A DNA stretch of 64,000 nt from Podarcis melisellensis (lineage: Eukaryota), in NCBI GenBank assembly GCA_964234715.1, contig OZ174275.1; one strand, given 5' to 3'. Position 1 is the stretch's first letter. Every line of letters begins with the position of its first letter. Below, in pieces: positions 49,795-62,761 of the stretch. A program made the position numbers and the translations under genes. Below the pieces are notes generated by a model. The model was not told the DNA's origin. It saw only the letters and a program-made list of their open reading frames with translations, and searched no databases.

Positions 49795-50165
49795 AGCAAC
49801 TATTGAGCATGGCTACTGCCACTCATGTTGAAAATGTTGTCGCAATTCCCTCTGGGAGTGACAGGACATGACACACATCATCCCTGAAAGTGATGGCACA
49901 TCATCATGTCTCATTGTTCTCATCATCATGACCCACTGTCTCATAGTGCTATAGCCACACATCCACTGTGTGTGGCATAGGAGCAGTGCTTGCAAACCAC
50001 TCCAGGTGGCTAGTCCCATAAAGAACTAAGACCACCTCAACAAATACTTGTTTATTAGGGTTACTTTCCTTCCCAAAAAACCCCCCACATGGAATGGATT
50101 TATCAGCAAGCACACATAAAAGAGAGATGAACCATTCAATCTATTAAATCTTCTCTCTCTCTGCA

Positions 50166-50230
<65 letters not shown>
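50166..50230 (+). repeat. Compound (TG)n(AG)n microsatellite
   Basis: About 10 TG units followed by about 22 AG units. Confidence 0.95.
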
Positions 50231-50233
<3 letters not shown>

Positions 50234-51537
50234 AAGGGAAACCTGGGAAGGATATTTGAAATCTAAATAACTCTTTTTACCAAGCTGAGATGAAAGACAA
50301 AACTGCTAAATGTCAATTGATGTTGAAGGAAATTTTAAAGACCACTCCTTACAATAAAAATACAAATAAGATCAGCAGGAGGGCAGCACTTTCTACTAGT
50401 GAAAAAAATCTATAATAACAGAATCACTTCGCAAGAAGCTGACATGCACTTACTCCAATATATTCTCAGACTTTAAAAAAATAAATGAGTGGTAGGATGT
50501 CTAATCTTGTTTAGATAGTCATTATAAAATGAAAAGTTGAAGGCGAAAGTTGGTGCACGAGTGTTTGTGTGTCTAATCCAGAAATGCAGTTTTATAAAAT
50601 AGCAAATCAATGGGCTATGCCCTGCAGGTCTTCTCTCATGTTCATTTTACCATTTTGTCTTGTTCATACAGTTTGTCTTGCATATGATAGGTCTGAGCAC
50701 TGTATTAGAAATTATAAGGGATAGATTTGACGTATGGGAAGACTTGCGTGAACCCAGTGCACATGTTGAATGAGACCTAGTGGCCATGGGAGAGGCATCA
50801 TTTCTTTAAAATGCATAACTGTTAGGAGCTCAGTTATTAACTAGTTAGGAATCAATCCTTGCCTTTGAGCAATTGGGTTCCCTTTAGCACATAGCTGAGT
50901 ATACAGACCAGGAACCACAAGCACAGTGGTAAATTTGATCACCTTGTTGTTACAGGTTCCTCCTTTTAGTGTCTGTCTTCATTTACTCCAAAATGTGGTA
51001 AGCCCACCCGATTCCCTTTGCCCCCACAAAACATATTTGAGGGGGCCAGGGATTCCCAAAGTGGATGCACATTGCCATACAAATAGTGTGCATGTGCCAT
51101 GTCTCACAATTGATGATGTGGGGAGGAGCTTATCTGCCCACCCATATTTTATTCAAGTTGGCACCCCTGATACCTTCATAGCCCATCTCCCCAGCTTCCC
51201 ACACATTAATTAAATCCCTGGGGAAGACATGATGTAACTCATGAAAAAGCATTGGGCCTTTTTCAGATGAGGAAGTGGGAGGAACTTGAGGCAGCGGCAG
51301 AGTTACAGAGAAATGTTCAACTGAATGAAACACACACACATGCATCTTGTCTACCTTGCAACGGTGAAGGAATATCAATCCTGCACTCACTGAAATGATG
51401 AAGAAATCCTAATAAAATTCTAAAGCACGTTTAGAATGAGGAAGAAAAACAGGTCCTCTTTTGCAGGGGAAGAGAACTTTTGAGAAACCAGAGGACAAGT
51501 TTCACCATCATCATGATCATCACAATCAACCTTACAC

Positions 51538-51760
51538 ATGGAATGGCTATTCATAGCTACCAGTAGGATGACTATAACTCCACTGTCAGAGGCAGTATGG
51601 ATGTGACAACCAGTTTCTGGGAACTGATGGTGGGAAGAGTGCTGTTGTGCTCAGGTTGTGGGCTTTCCCTGGGCATCTGGGTGGCCAGTGTGAGAACAGG
51701 ATTGTGAACTAAGTGAACCTTTGATCTGATCTGACTGGACTCTTCTTACATGTCCTTATG
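51538..51760 (+). mobile_element. CR1 3' UTR fragment
   Basis: CTCCACTGTCAGAGGCAGTATG..AGTGCTGTTGTGCTC..GTGAGAACAGGA..CTCTTCTTACATGTCCTTATG; matches the 39930-40060 segment. Confidence 0.6.
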
Positions 51761-52836
51761 AAATGGCAGGTTGCGGTCCTAAAAGCAATTAGGAGGCACT
51801 GTGCTGTTGCGCTGCCGTACTCTGCTCTGCCACAGCTATGCACATAAATCATATCCATTGAAATCAATGCAAAACACTTCAAATTGGACAAGTTTAGGAT
51901 CTTTGTATAAGACAACAATTTATGTCATAGGTTGAATCATATAACAGTGGCACATAGAGTTTATCATAGTCACATAGTTTTTATGAGTTCATACCTTAGA
52001 GGCAAAGAAGGGTTTTTTTTTATTAACACATGTTCCTACCTAATTGACCATTTGGGAAGAGGGAGGGAGAAATGGCTGTGATTTACGTAGCTTAAGAAAT
52101 GTCTTAGAGCACCTCAGCCAGTCTGGTGTTCCCACAGTGACAGATGAGCAAATGCCCATGGGTGTTGACAGCATGGTATTTATGGTATTTCCTTCTGAGA
52201 CAATTAACTAACATATGCCAAGACCATAGGGATTATCTTTGAGCTACACAGTATGTAACTTTATCTGAAGAGAAATATAATATTTTATAAGTTTGACAAA
52301 CCATAAGAAAGATTAAATTGATTCATTCATTTTAATAATGTGGTTAGGGTTGTTGTTGTTGTTTTTCCTGCCTTCTCAATAATATTTTCTCTTTGGCCTA
52401 AATAAAACACTCCATATGCTACATTGCAAGCATCCCCCCTAAAGTATTACATATTTATTTAACAATGTCACATGTCAGTGACTGAGCTTGCATGAGGTTT
52501 ACCGTTATCTAGTACGATTGGCTGCATGTGCACCTACGTCCCACTCTTATGAACACATATAGATAATCTAAATCCTACTGACTTCAGTTAGATTTGAGAA
52601 GGTCTAATAGTGTGTGGCAGTACAGGGTGTCACAGAAAGAATGTAGTTGGTCAAGGGAGCTATGGACCCAAAAAAGTTGAAAACCTCTGGCGTGTGGGAA
52701 TGCTGGTTGGACTGCGGAGGACAAACATGAATGTGGAGCCAAACTTATTTATATTTATGATAAATACATTAAAAACAATGAAGAGAATAGCTTCAAGGGT
52801 GGGTCTGGCAGAAAGTGTCCCTGCAAGAGGGGATAA

Positions 52837-52995
52837 GTAAAGGTAAAGGACCCCTGGACAATTAAGTCCAGTCAAAGGCGACTATGGGGTTGTGGCACTC
52901 ATCTCGCTTTCAGGCTGAGGGAGCTTGCGTTTGTCTACAGACAGGTTTCCAGATCATGTGGCCACCATGACTAAACTGCTTCTGGCACAACGGAC
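52837..52995 (-). mobile_element. Sauria SINE 3' fragment (longer subfamily)
   Basis: GTAAAGGTAAAGGACCCCTGGACAATTAAGTCCAGTCAAAGG...ATGACTAAACTGCTTCTGG. Confidence 0.9.
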
Positions 52996-54691
52996 CCACG
53001 GATTCTGAGGGCAATCTTTTACTTAAGACTTTCTGCTAATCAAAAATAATTCAGTTAAAACAAAGTTAATTTTCCTCCAGTGCTAATAATAGTGAATAGT
53101 GCATGGTGCATGAAGAGAAAGGGGGGGGGGAGAGATTCTTGATGTATCATGGAATATTTTCAAAGAGCATGCTCAGAAAAAGTGATCGTTGGCCCCAAAT
53201 AACAATGGACAAATATGTTGTGCATGGTATGTTTTAACCGGCGCCTGAAAAACCCTGAATTATCATTATTATATAACATGAACTAACGATGGGAAGCTCT
53301 AGAGAGGACATTAGGTGAAATTATAGATGAACTCTTTGGCAACTAATAGATCCTTAATGGCTTTCCAAAACAGCCTATAATCTCTTGTGATGCTGTCTCT
53401 AGAGGGTTCTCTTGATATATTATGTAATAATTGTAGTCTTGGTTTGTATGTGTGTGTGTATAAATATTACAGTCACACACACACATGTATCTATATCAGT
53501 GTGTGTGTGTGTATACACAGTTCACAAATTAAATGTAAAGCAACTGGGGTCTTTGTTTTTTTGGTCCATGGAATCCTACTAGTGCATAGGATTCAATGAG
53601 ATCCTGGGCATTATGTCACAGGAATTGAAAGCCATTTCCACAATTGGAAATTGATAGAAGCAAAAGAGAACTGGTTGCTCTCCTTTATTATTAGAGGGCA
53701 TCTCTTAGATCTATTTAACTATCCCAACTTCTTACAAGTCCTACAGAAGCAAACCCACAGGGGGGGGGGGAATCCCCTCTCTTTTCCCTTTTATTCTTTT
53801 TCTATGACGTTCTGTGAAAGTCAAAAACTGGTTCAATGCTCTGTGGTTTTTTTATGATACCCCCAAATGTATTCTTTTACTGGATTGATGCTGGCATGCA
53901 TCCTGCCTGTTTCTGCTGTTGAATTATGTGCTCCAGTTGAACTTTCAAGAGCAGGGCACCTTGAAGGTTCAAGCCCCACCTTGGCTGAAAATGACAGGAG
54001 CCTTGTTGGGATTGCACTCATATTTCCTTGATGCAACTGATAATCTGAGCAGCTAAAGAGATGTCCACAGGGCCTCCTCACATGCAGGTGAGAAGAACAG
54101 AATTTATTTCAGTAGAAACCCAGTGGACCCAGGATACAAACCGGCTGAAACATTTTGCAAAGACTTTTGATGGGTATGATGTGGCAAATCAGCTGTAAAT
54201 GGACTACCCTGTTTTATTTATTTTTTCCTGTCAAAGCAGTTTCCGTCCTCCAGGGGAGTGGTGTGGGCCTCTAACCCTTTCCCTCACGTGAAGCAGATTT
54301 AGGGGAGTGGCTGTGAAGCCTTGGGGCAACCCAGAACTATGGTGAAGAATGAAGCACAAGAGGTGGAGGGGCATCACACAGGGCACCACTGAAATTTGAG
54401 ACCCCAAGATCTGCCACTGTCCCCCACAGTGTTCCCCTGATCTAAACTGCCCTCTGTGAGACAGCCATTAGCCAACTGGGGGAAAATATAGAGAGAACTG
54501 CATCATCCTGCATGTTTCCTGGGGGGGGGGATGGAGACTAAGAATAGATTTTTGGCATAAGGGTAAATGCTTAGACAATTCCTCCCTCAGGATCACTGCT
54601 TTGAATTGTAGAAATCAAATGAGATTTGGCATACATTCCTGTTGTGTCTGATTTGACCCTGTTATGGGCCACCAGAAACATCTCCTGAATC

Positions 54692-54926
54692 TAGGGTTGC
54701 CATAGTTCAAGAAGTAAAAATCCAGGCACAAAACTATTGAGCTTTTTTTAAAAAAAAATCTCCCAAAAACTCATTGAGGTTTTTTGGGAAATGAACCTCA
54801 ATGTTGTTGAGTTCAAACATACATTTCCTGGTCCTGTTGGCCAAAACCTGGATATTTTACTGATTTTTTAAAATTCCCTCCAGATGCTAAATTTTTCGTT
54901 TGAATCCAGGACATATGGCAGCCCTA
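54692..54926. mobile_element. MITE with TAGGGTTGCCATA / TATGGCAGCCCTA terminal inverted repeats (hAT-Tip100-like)
   Basis: 13-bp TIRs with one mismatch; TSD not clearly preserved. Confidence 0.65.
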
Positions 54927-55222
54927 CCTTCTTCAAAATGAATGATTGCATTCATAACAAACTTGTTTATATCACACATACACACTCCACAAAAGATCAA
55001 AACTTTAAAAATCACCTTCAACTATATATTGTGAATATCAGGAACTCTTCCAACAGGAAAAACTAACACAGTTTCCAATACTGTGATTTTTAAGATGAGT
55101 GCAATTACATAAATATTGTTGTAATTAGTGATTACCTCATGCATTAAAAGAAAAGGTTGGTGTTAACATGCAAGACACAGCAGAGTGATATCAATACTCA
55201 TTTTACTGTTCAGATTTTTTCT

Positions 55223-55387
55223 NNNNNNNNNNNNNNNNNNNNNNNNNNNNNNNNNNNNNNNNNNNNNNNNNNNNNNNNNNNNNNNNNNNNNNNNNNNNNN
55301 NNNNNNNNNNNNNNNNNNNNNNNNNNNNNNNNNNNNNNNNNNNNNNNNNNNNNNNNNNNNNNNNNNNNNNNNNNNNNNNNNNNNNNN
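55223..55387. other. N gap (165 nt)
   Basis: Run of N. Confidence 1.
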
Positions 55388-56444
55388 TATTTAAGAGCGA
55401 AGGATGCATAATTCACTATGGAAGAGCTGTCAGATTTGAGAATACCTTTAAATTATCAAAACTTAGCAACGCTAGTCAGTTATAATTATAATGGAAATGT
55501 AGTTTTCTGTCAATGTTATCACAGCAAACATCTCTCAAGGAACAATTTCCTGTGTTAAAATATTTTGTCAAAGTGACTTTTGATTCCAAAGGGATACAGA
55601 TTATCTAGTTTTATACCTGCATATTTCCCTCACAAATTAAATATAACAGCTTACACTGAACAAAGCGGTAAGTACAAAAACATTAATAAAATCCCCTTTG
55701 GAAACCAGATTGTTACCTTGAAAGAATGGGTTGTCATCAGCTCCCCAGGACAGATAAAGCGATGCAGAAAAATATATTGTTTCTGTTATACAACATGACA
55801 AGACAGCTTTCCATCAGACTTCCAATTACATGATAGAAACAAATGTTCAGGCATGAGAAGAGCTCTTTGCTGGAGGTGAGCACACTGTACAGGAAAGCAA
55901 CTTATGGCCTCCATTTATCAGCTTCTTTTGGGCTACAAATGGGAGAATTTAGTTCGATCTGCATCTTAAAAGTGAAGCGACCTAAGTTGCTCTTTCTAGA
56001 CTATTACAGAGATTGGAACACAGTGAATTTCCTTCTACCCTAAAACTGTGCAATTCAGTTCTTAGCTGAAAGGAAAATTACCCAGATGCATAAAAATGTA
56101 TATTTTTTGGAATGAAATATATTTAGAAATGGATGCATCAAGGCAAAATATTAAATGAATATCTATTTAAATTATTTGGCTAGATGGTATTTAATATATA
56201 TATATTGCGGGTTAATGTGAAAATTGGATGGAATGGATTTATTTATTCTTTATTTATTTGTTTTATATACCACTTTCCTCCATAGATCTCAGGGCAGTTC
56301 TGAATGAACACATATGAAATTGAGTCAGATTGGAAATAGGCTGGCCTGTCCATCCCTTGCTAAAAGTGCCTAAGAAGGATGTACTGCTTCTCTCTCAAGA
56401 TACCCATATGGAGGGCACTATGTTAACTTCTTCCATGTGGGAAA

Positions 56445-56525
56445 AGTATCATAGTTCAGTGGTAGAGCATCTGCATAGCATGCAGAAGATCTCAGGTTCC
56501 AAACTTGGCAACTCTGGTTAAGAGG
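56445..56525 (+). mobile_element. tRNA-derived SINE head (not a functional tRNA)
   Basis: CATAGTTCAGTGGTAGAGCATCTGCATAGCATGCAGAAGATCTCAGGTTCCAA: A box, anticodon-like arm and degenerate B box; no acceptor stem. Confidence 0.6.
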
Positions 56526-58230
56526 ACCAGGGGTGCTTCTAGATGACCTGCTTATTGTGCATCCGCCCTGTTTTGTTTGCAGGAGATTAGAAGAAATTGC
56601 CTGTTTAGGGAGCGTGCCTTCTGATTTGCTTGTGAGACAGTGAGATGACATTGCATCAAAGCACATGTCATCACACACGCACACCCTCCACCCATTCCTT
56701 AATGCAAAAAGTCTGATCTTTGGGAAATGGGCTTGTTGTACAAGACCTCCCAACCTTCTGTAATTGTGCAACCTGAATTTGCTGGCATGTGGCTGAATCC
56801 AACCCCAAAATAGCAGCAGGCTAGAAGTGCCCATGGTAACAGATAATGGGAACGCCCATTGCTTTGGAAAGTATGTCACACTGGGCTAAATAGTTTGACC
56901 TGATACAAAGCAGTTTCCTATATTCAGAGTTGGCTGCAGCAGCAAGAGAGGAAAGGGGCAGGAACAGGAATGGAAAGACAGATGGCTAAATCAACCCACA
57001 TGAATATTCCACGGCAGTCACAGGCTCATAGCATGGATGACGAATGCATACCGAGTCCTCTTTTCCTTTCTGTATCCTCTTTCTTTGCTCATAGTCACTT
57101 CCCTAAACCTACTAGATTATTAGCAAACAGACAAGCAACAGATCCATATCAGAAAACATCAATTTCTGGTTTCTGTGGCTGCTGCCTCTACTGCACGATG
57201 TAGCATTGCATAACATAATACAAATTAAGTAGCTAAATTGGTTTCATATCATCTGATTTTCTGGCAGGCTTTACAGTGTTAAGTATTTACTAAAAAGGCA
57301 ATTGGGATGCACAGAGCATACTGAATTATAATTTATTAACACATCGACAGTAGTTGCACATATTATCTTCCACGACCTCACCTGTGATTTTTTTTCTGGG
57401 TTAAATCCAGTCCTTTCCCAGTAGTGCATCAAGTTCTGGAATAGACAGAAGCTGCTTTGCTAGGCAAACGTCCAGGCTAATGATTTTACCTTTATTCTCC
57501 CCTCTCCTTCAGTTAATGCACCAACATAATTGCTCAAATGGAGTTTTAAAATTAAGGCTATAAATAAAAAAATTGGGTTTTGCAGGGCATCACACGATGG
57601 ACTTCTAATGAGTCAACAAAAACGGCAAGTTTCTCCTCTCTCAAACTCCACATGTAGGCAATTTACTAATAATGAATAATAAATATATTTTAATAGTTGC
57701 TGTGCTTCTTGTGTCACATATTTGATTTATAGCCAGCAAGGGAGTCCTTTTTCTCAGGTCACCAGTTGCTTTGGGGAGGCAGGGGGCAAGAGGTACCAAT
57801 GAGGAGCCACCACAAAGAAAAATGTCGGAAATGTAACTGAATAGTTTTTTCCCCTGAATAAGCAATTTCTTCTTCTAATATTGTCTATTTCAAAGATGAA
57901 CTAGTAGCAATAAACAGTTTTTGCAATATCTAGTATATTTTCAATTGCATAATTGCAATTACCAATGCTAAGTCTAAAGCAATGTTTATAAAAACCACAT
58001 CTCTGAAATGCTCCTGTTTTACAGTTTAGAGCAGCAGGATCCAAAGACAGAAGTTAAAAAAAAAATACTCTTCATTTCTGCCTTGTGCATTCCTTTAACA
58101 ATGTGTGGTATCAACATATTGTAGTGATGATCCCATTGCTTCTAAGCTTCATTAACTTATGTAGGAGAGTTATGCACACTGTCAAATCAGGTGAAATCAG
58201 GAGGCTCAGTTGTTCTTCATGTTACTTCTA

Positions 58231-58358
58231 TCATGGGGTAGCCAACCTCTCTCCAGATATTGTTGGACACCAATGCCCATCGGACCCAGCCAGCATGGCC
58301 AATGGCCAGAGATTATGAGCATTGTAGTCCAGCAATACCCTGGTTGACTTCTCCCTGG
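58231..58358. mobile_element. Short hAT-like MITE remnant (URR1-like)
   Basis: CATGGGGTAGCCAACC..CTCCAGATATTGTTGGAC..CCCATC..GATTATGAGCATTGTAGTCC..GGTTGACTTCTCCCTG; similar remnants near 45730, 60300 and 63150. Confidence 0.55.
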
Positions 58359-60799
58359 CTTAGGGCTTCACCTGTCAGTCTTCTCACATATGCATCACAA
58401 CATTCAATATCAGTTAGGCAACATCAGTGGGTTGTATCTAACAAATTACCCCATTAGCATAAGGACTTTGGCTTGTACAACAAGACTGGCTCTCCTTGCT
58501 TCCTTCCCAAAACTGCTCCAGAGGGTTTGAGGAAAACCCAGAGAGCTGGGTATGGGTACATGGGTAGGGAGGAGATGGAGAGGAAGTCTCATTGTACAGG
58601 TGGAAGTCCTTGTGCTAGTGAGACAACTTGGGGTGTTGTCTCCTCCCAGTAATTAAGTACATGTAAGTATAACCGGATGAAGAATCAGAAGGGGGAAGGA
58701 TCATTTGTTGCCACTGAAAAAGATCAAAGCAATTTGAATGTTTCCCTTTATGACAAAAAGAGTTATGATAAGATTAGTGAAATGTCTCTGGGGAGCTTTG
58801 TACATCCCTAAAATTGTACCCCAAAGTGAAATTTGTGCATTGTTCCTTAGGTGAATTTTGAGGGTCGCTAAATATTTTGCATAAAACGAGGAAGATTTGT
58901 CATGAGGACACCACATACCTTTCAGATAGAGATACATGGACAATCCTAACAACAAACCAGCTGGCTGTGGTCCTAAACAATTTTCAGTAAAAATATATAC
59001 CACAGAAATCAGTGGAAATTCATTCCATGTACATGTATGTATATTTGGGAAGACCAGCTTATGTACCGATATACCTACTTTAACTTCCACAATGCAAAGA
59101 TTACCTCAAAGTGCTCAGAAAACTTTGACTGCATACAAAGCAGAATTATCTGGCTCTGGCTCACCAGCTATAAAAATGTCATTTTCTTCCCATAGTAAGC
59201 ATGTGGTACTACTGCTGCAACAGTAACTTTGGCACAGCCAAATAGTGCTGGTAAGAGTGACCAATGTCCCAACAATGCAAATGACGCAGCAACGTGGCTG
59301 GGGTCACAGCAGATGTCCACACACTGACATTTAGACTTGTTTTGTGGTCCTTGCAGTAGCTACAAAACACAGCTTGATCACAGCATCAGGCAATTGGTTT
59401 AAAAACAACTAAAATGAGAAACTCTGGCATATATTTCAGTGGTGGTTTGCTGACCTTGTCAATTCTGCATTTCCCCCTGGTAACAGTGACAAGGTAGGGA
59501 ACAAAGGTTGCCAAGCTGTGTATATTGCAGTTCTATTCTGGGGTGGGTGTAGATCATGGAATTGAAATTTGCATAGCTGGATATATGACTGCAGCCATTC
59601 TAATAGTTATTACTGCTTAAACATGAGGTGTCTGAATCAACTCCATTAGTGTATTTCTGAATTGGGCATCTAGGATAGCTGTATTTTCTTTTCTCCACAC
59701 CCCGTCTCATTTCAAAGTGTATTTATAATACAGCCTAAAAGTTTCTCAGGCCTGTTTCTTCGTCTAACACTCTAAAATTCGATTAATGGAGACATTCTAG
59801 CACTTACGTCAAGTTATGTTGCACATAAATGGGGATAAAAGGATTACTAGGCTATAAATCAATTGATATATTCGGAGGATATAAATCTCAAGGACATGGG
59901 GTTTCAATGTTAATGGAAATGCAGGATTTCATTGGCTAATCACAATTTAAATTCTATGCCACTACATCACTGAAGTTTTGAGGTTTTCCTCATAAAATAC
60001 AGTTATGCTAACGAATAAAAAGCCATATATTACATACATATTGTCCCATGTATATTAGTCCCATTATTATAACTGAGGCTAATCTGGTGTAATTGCTAGT
60101 ACTCCAGTTTAACTGCTGTCTGAGTGTGTTTATATCAGTATAATAAACTAGTAGGTCTGCAAGATTTAATCAATTATTTGCCACAATCAATCAACTATAT
60201 CTTTAATCAGAGCCTATACATTGAGCTTCAGCTAATTGGTGGACTGGCAAGAAAGGAAAGACTAGAACAGTTGTAGAAGTCAACGTGATGCTTTAAAAAT
60301 GTTTTTGGACTCCAGTTCTCATTAGCTCTCATCTGCATGGGATGATGGGAGCTGTAGTCCACCATGGAAGTCACCATGTTGGCTATCCATGTTTTAGGAT
60401 GAGGGTATGTAAGAAGATTGCTCCCCTGAAAGTCCCATAAAAGCACTGGTTACAGCTTCCTGACCAGAATAATAAATTCCAGAACATAATTTGCCTTTGA
60501 GGGTGAGGTGATGGCATTTTACCTTACAATGGGAAAGACTCTAAAAATCAAAAGTGGACCATAAAATGGCCTGGCATTGCCCAGACTACCATTGGATGCT
60601 CAAACTTATAGGGGAGAAATAGTGTGATGGAGTAAGGTGACAAGCAGGAGACAGGAGAAGTTCAGAGACAGACCCATGAGGGCAGGAATAGCTTACAAGG
60701 AAGAGGTAACATACAGAGCAAAGAAAACAGAGAGATAGCTAGATAGCCAGATAGATGGACAGTAGAAGCACTAAGGGGACAGAAAAAGGAGAGTAACAG

Positions 60800-61005
60800 A
60801 GAGCATCTTGTTTTCACAGGAGCCAACTAGATGCTTATGGAAGTCCACAAGCAGGATTTGAGAACAACAGCACCCTTCCCCAAATGTGATTCCCAGCACC
60901 ATTTTTTGAGATTTACTATGCCCATTGGTGGACATAGTCATCACAGCCAGTAGTCTTATCCTCCACGAATTTGTCCAGTCTTCTTTAAGGCCACCCAAGC
61001 TGATT
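60800..61005 (-). mobile_element. CR1 3' fragment, possibly nested in a degenerate LTR-like sequence (~60620-61390)
   Basis: Reverse complement of CR1 ORF end/3' UTR: AGCATCTTGTTTTCACAG..AGATGCTTATGG..TCCTCCACGAATTTGTCCAGTCTTCTTTAAGGCCACCCAAG. Confidence 0.55.
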
Positions 61006-62736
61006 CCCCTCACTACAACTTTCAGGAAGAATGGAGGAGGTAGCAGAAGAAGGAAGGTCTGAGACAGACAAATCTAGTGGGCTGGGAACCAGACCCATGC
61101 AGTTCCTACAGCAGCAGTTTTATGAGAATCTAAGAGCAGGCACAATTACTAGTACCGGCACATACAAGGAATGAATGGCAGGCCCCTCCTCACAGAGATG
61201 GGGAGCTGATAGGCCCTCTTCCTTGAGAAAGTTGGAGAAGAGGACTGACTCAAGGGCCTTGAGTGGCACCATGCAGACTACAGAAACTTGAGACAGAAGC
61301 TTCTGAGGAAACAAGTCATCCCTCAGCCTCACTCACTCTATTGAATAACAAACCATTATACAGGTCTCGTCCAGGAACTGTATTTCAGGAAACTAACCTT
61401 CCCCAGTATGGTCCACAACATGGATAAAGGATCCTATGTATGTTTTGTTTTCTGTGCTTCTATTCTGACTCTTATGGAGTGTCTAGGGCTCAGGAGTCCC
61501 TGATGCATAGCAATTTGTAAGCAGCTCAGAAGCCTACATGTTTAAAAAATAAACTAGAAAATGCAATAAATAAATTAAAGCATTATTTTTTAAAAAATAA
61601 AAAATATAGAACTGGCAGCCTTGTATTCAGCATTGCTCAGGAATTCTGAGAAACAAAAAAACCCACTTTTTTTTAAAAAAATCAGTGGTTAAAATCACTA
61701 TAGTTTTGAAAAATTTCAGCCCAACATCTTGATTGAAAATGGCATCCAAATGTAGCCCAAAACCTGCTCCTTGATCTCAGGAACCATATCTTAATATCTT
61801 AAGAGTTGTCCAAATACACAGCAAACAAACAGCTTTCGGGTTTTAATGAGTTAGTCAAAGCAAATAATTAGGATTTGCCATTTTGGTTTCAACAGGATAA
61901 CATTTGCAGAGCTCCAAGTGTCTAAACTGAAATGGATTGCGGATTACATTGTCGCAAAGTTATCTTAAAGGGACTGTCCACAGAACTGGAGAGCAGGGCA
62001 GAGTGAGTATAATAAAGAGCAACTGAAGTGTGTGTTATCTCCTGGCTTTCTTTGACCCAGTGAATTCATTCTAATTGTTGTAAAAATGCCAATCAGAGAA
62101 TATGGGAGTTGTTGATTATGCTAGATAAAGCAGGGGGGAAATGAATAACAGTTTATGCCCAAAGGGTCAGCTGTGAGTGCAATAACATTTCCCCCCGATG
62201 TAAGTAAAACCGAAAATGTCAAGTACTGTTAAGTGGCACGACTTGTGAAACACAATCAGCTTTTTCCTATATGAATACTGTAATGGGCATTTAGCTGGAG
62301 ACTGTTTCATTTACTATTAAGGTGAAAAATTGCTTTCAACATGCTTCAAAGCTTTTGCTTTGTTCAAAGGAGGCTGCATTGTATGCCCCCCCTCCAAGTA
62401 CTGTTCTACAGCCGACAAAGAGTCTTGCAGGTTACATGATGTACACCAAGATACTCTATTTGAAATAATGGGAGTAAGCTGAGAAGACATGCCCCTTAGC
62501 CACTGGAACAGGATGTGGGGAGCTGGCATAGCAAGATATTAAATCATGCTTTCTTTTGTCCTTGCCAATTATGTTTTATGCCGGCGTTTAATATATCACC
62601 CAACTGCATTGCGTTGTGGTCTCAATTTGTGCTGCCTAACCATAGTCCCATCCCTCTGATGTCATCTTGGTCATTGGCTGGGAGCCACAGTGACCATGAA
62701 AACCAAGGCTTACCACGAAATAAAATGACAGGGGAT

Positions 62737-62761
62737 ACACACACACACACACACACACACA
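62737..62761 (+). repeat. (CA)n microsatellite
   Basis: Tandem CA. Confidence 0.95.

Noticed and set aside
1973-55416. ORFs containing poly-X, poly-N, poly-L or HTHT runs
   Set aside because: Artefacts of N gaps and microsatellites
56445-56525. tRNA gene
   Set aside because: No acceptor stem and a degenerate T arm; better explained as a SINE head
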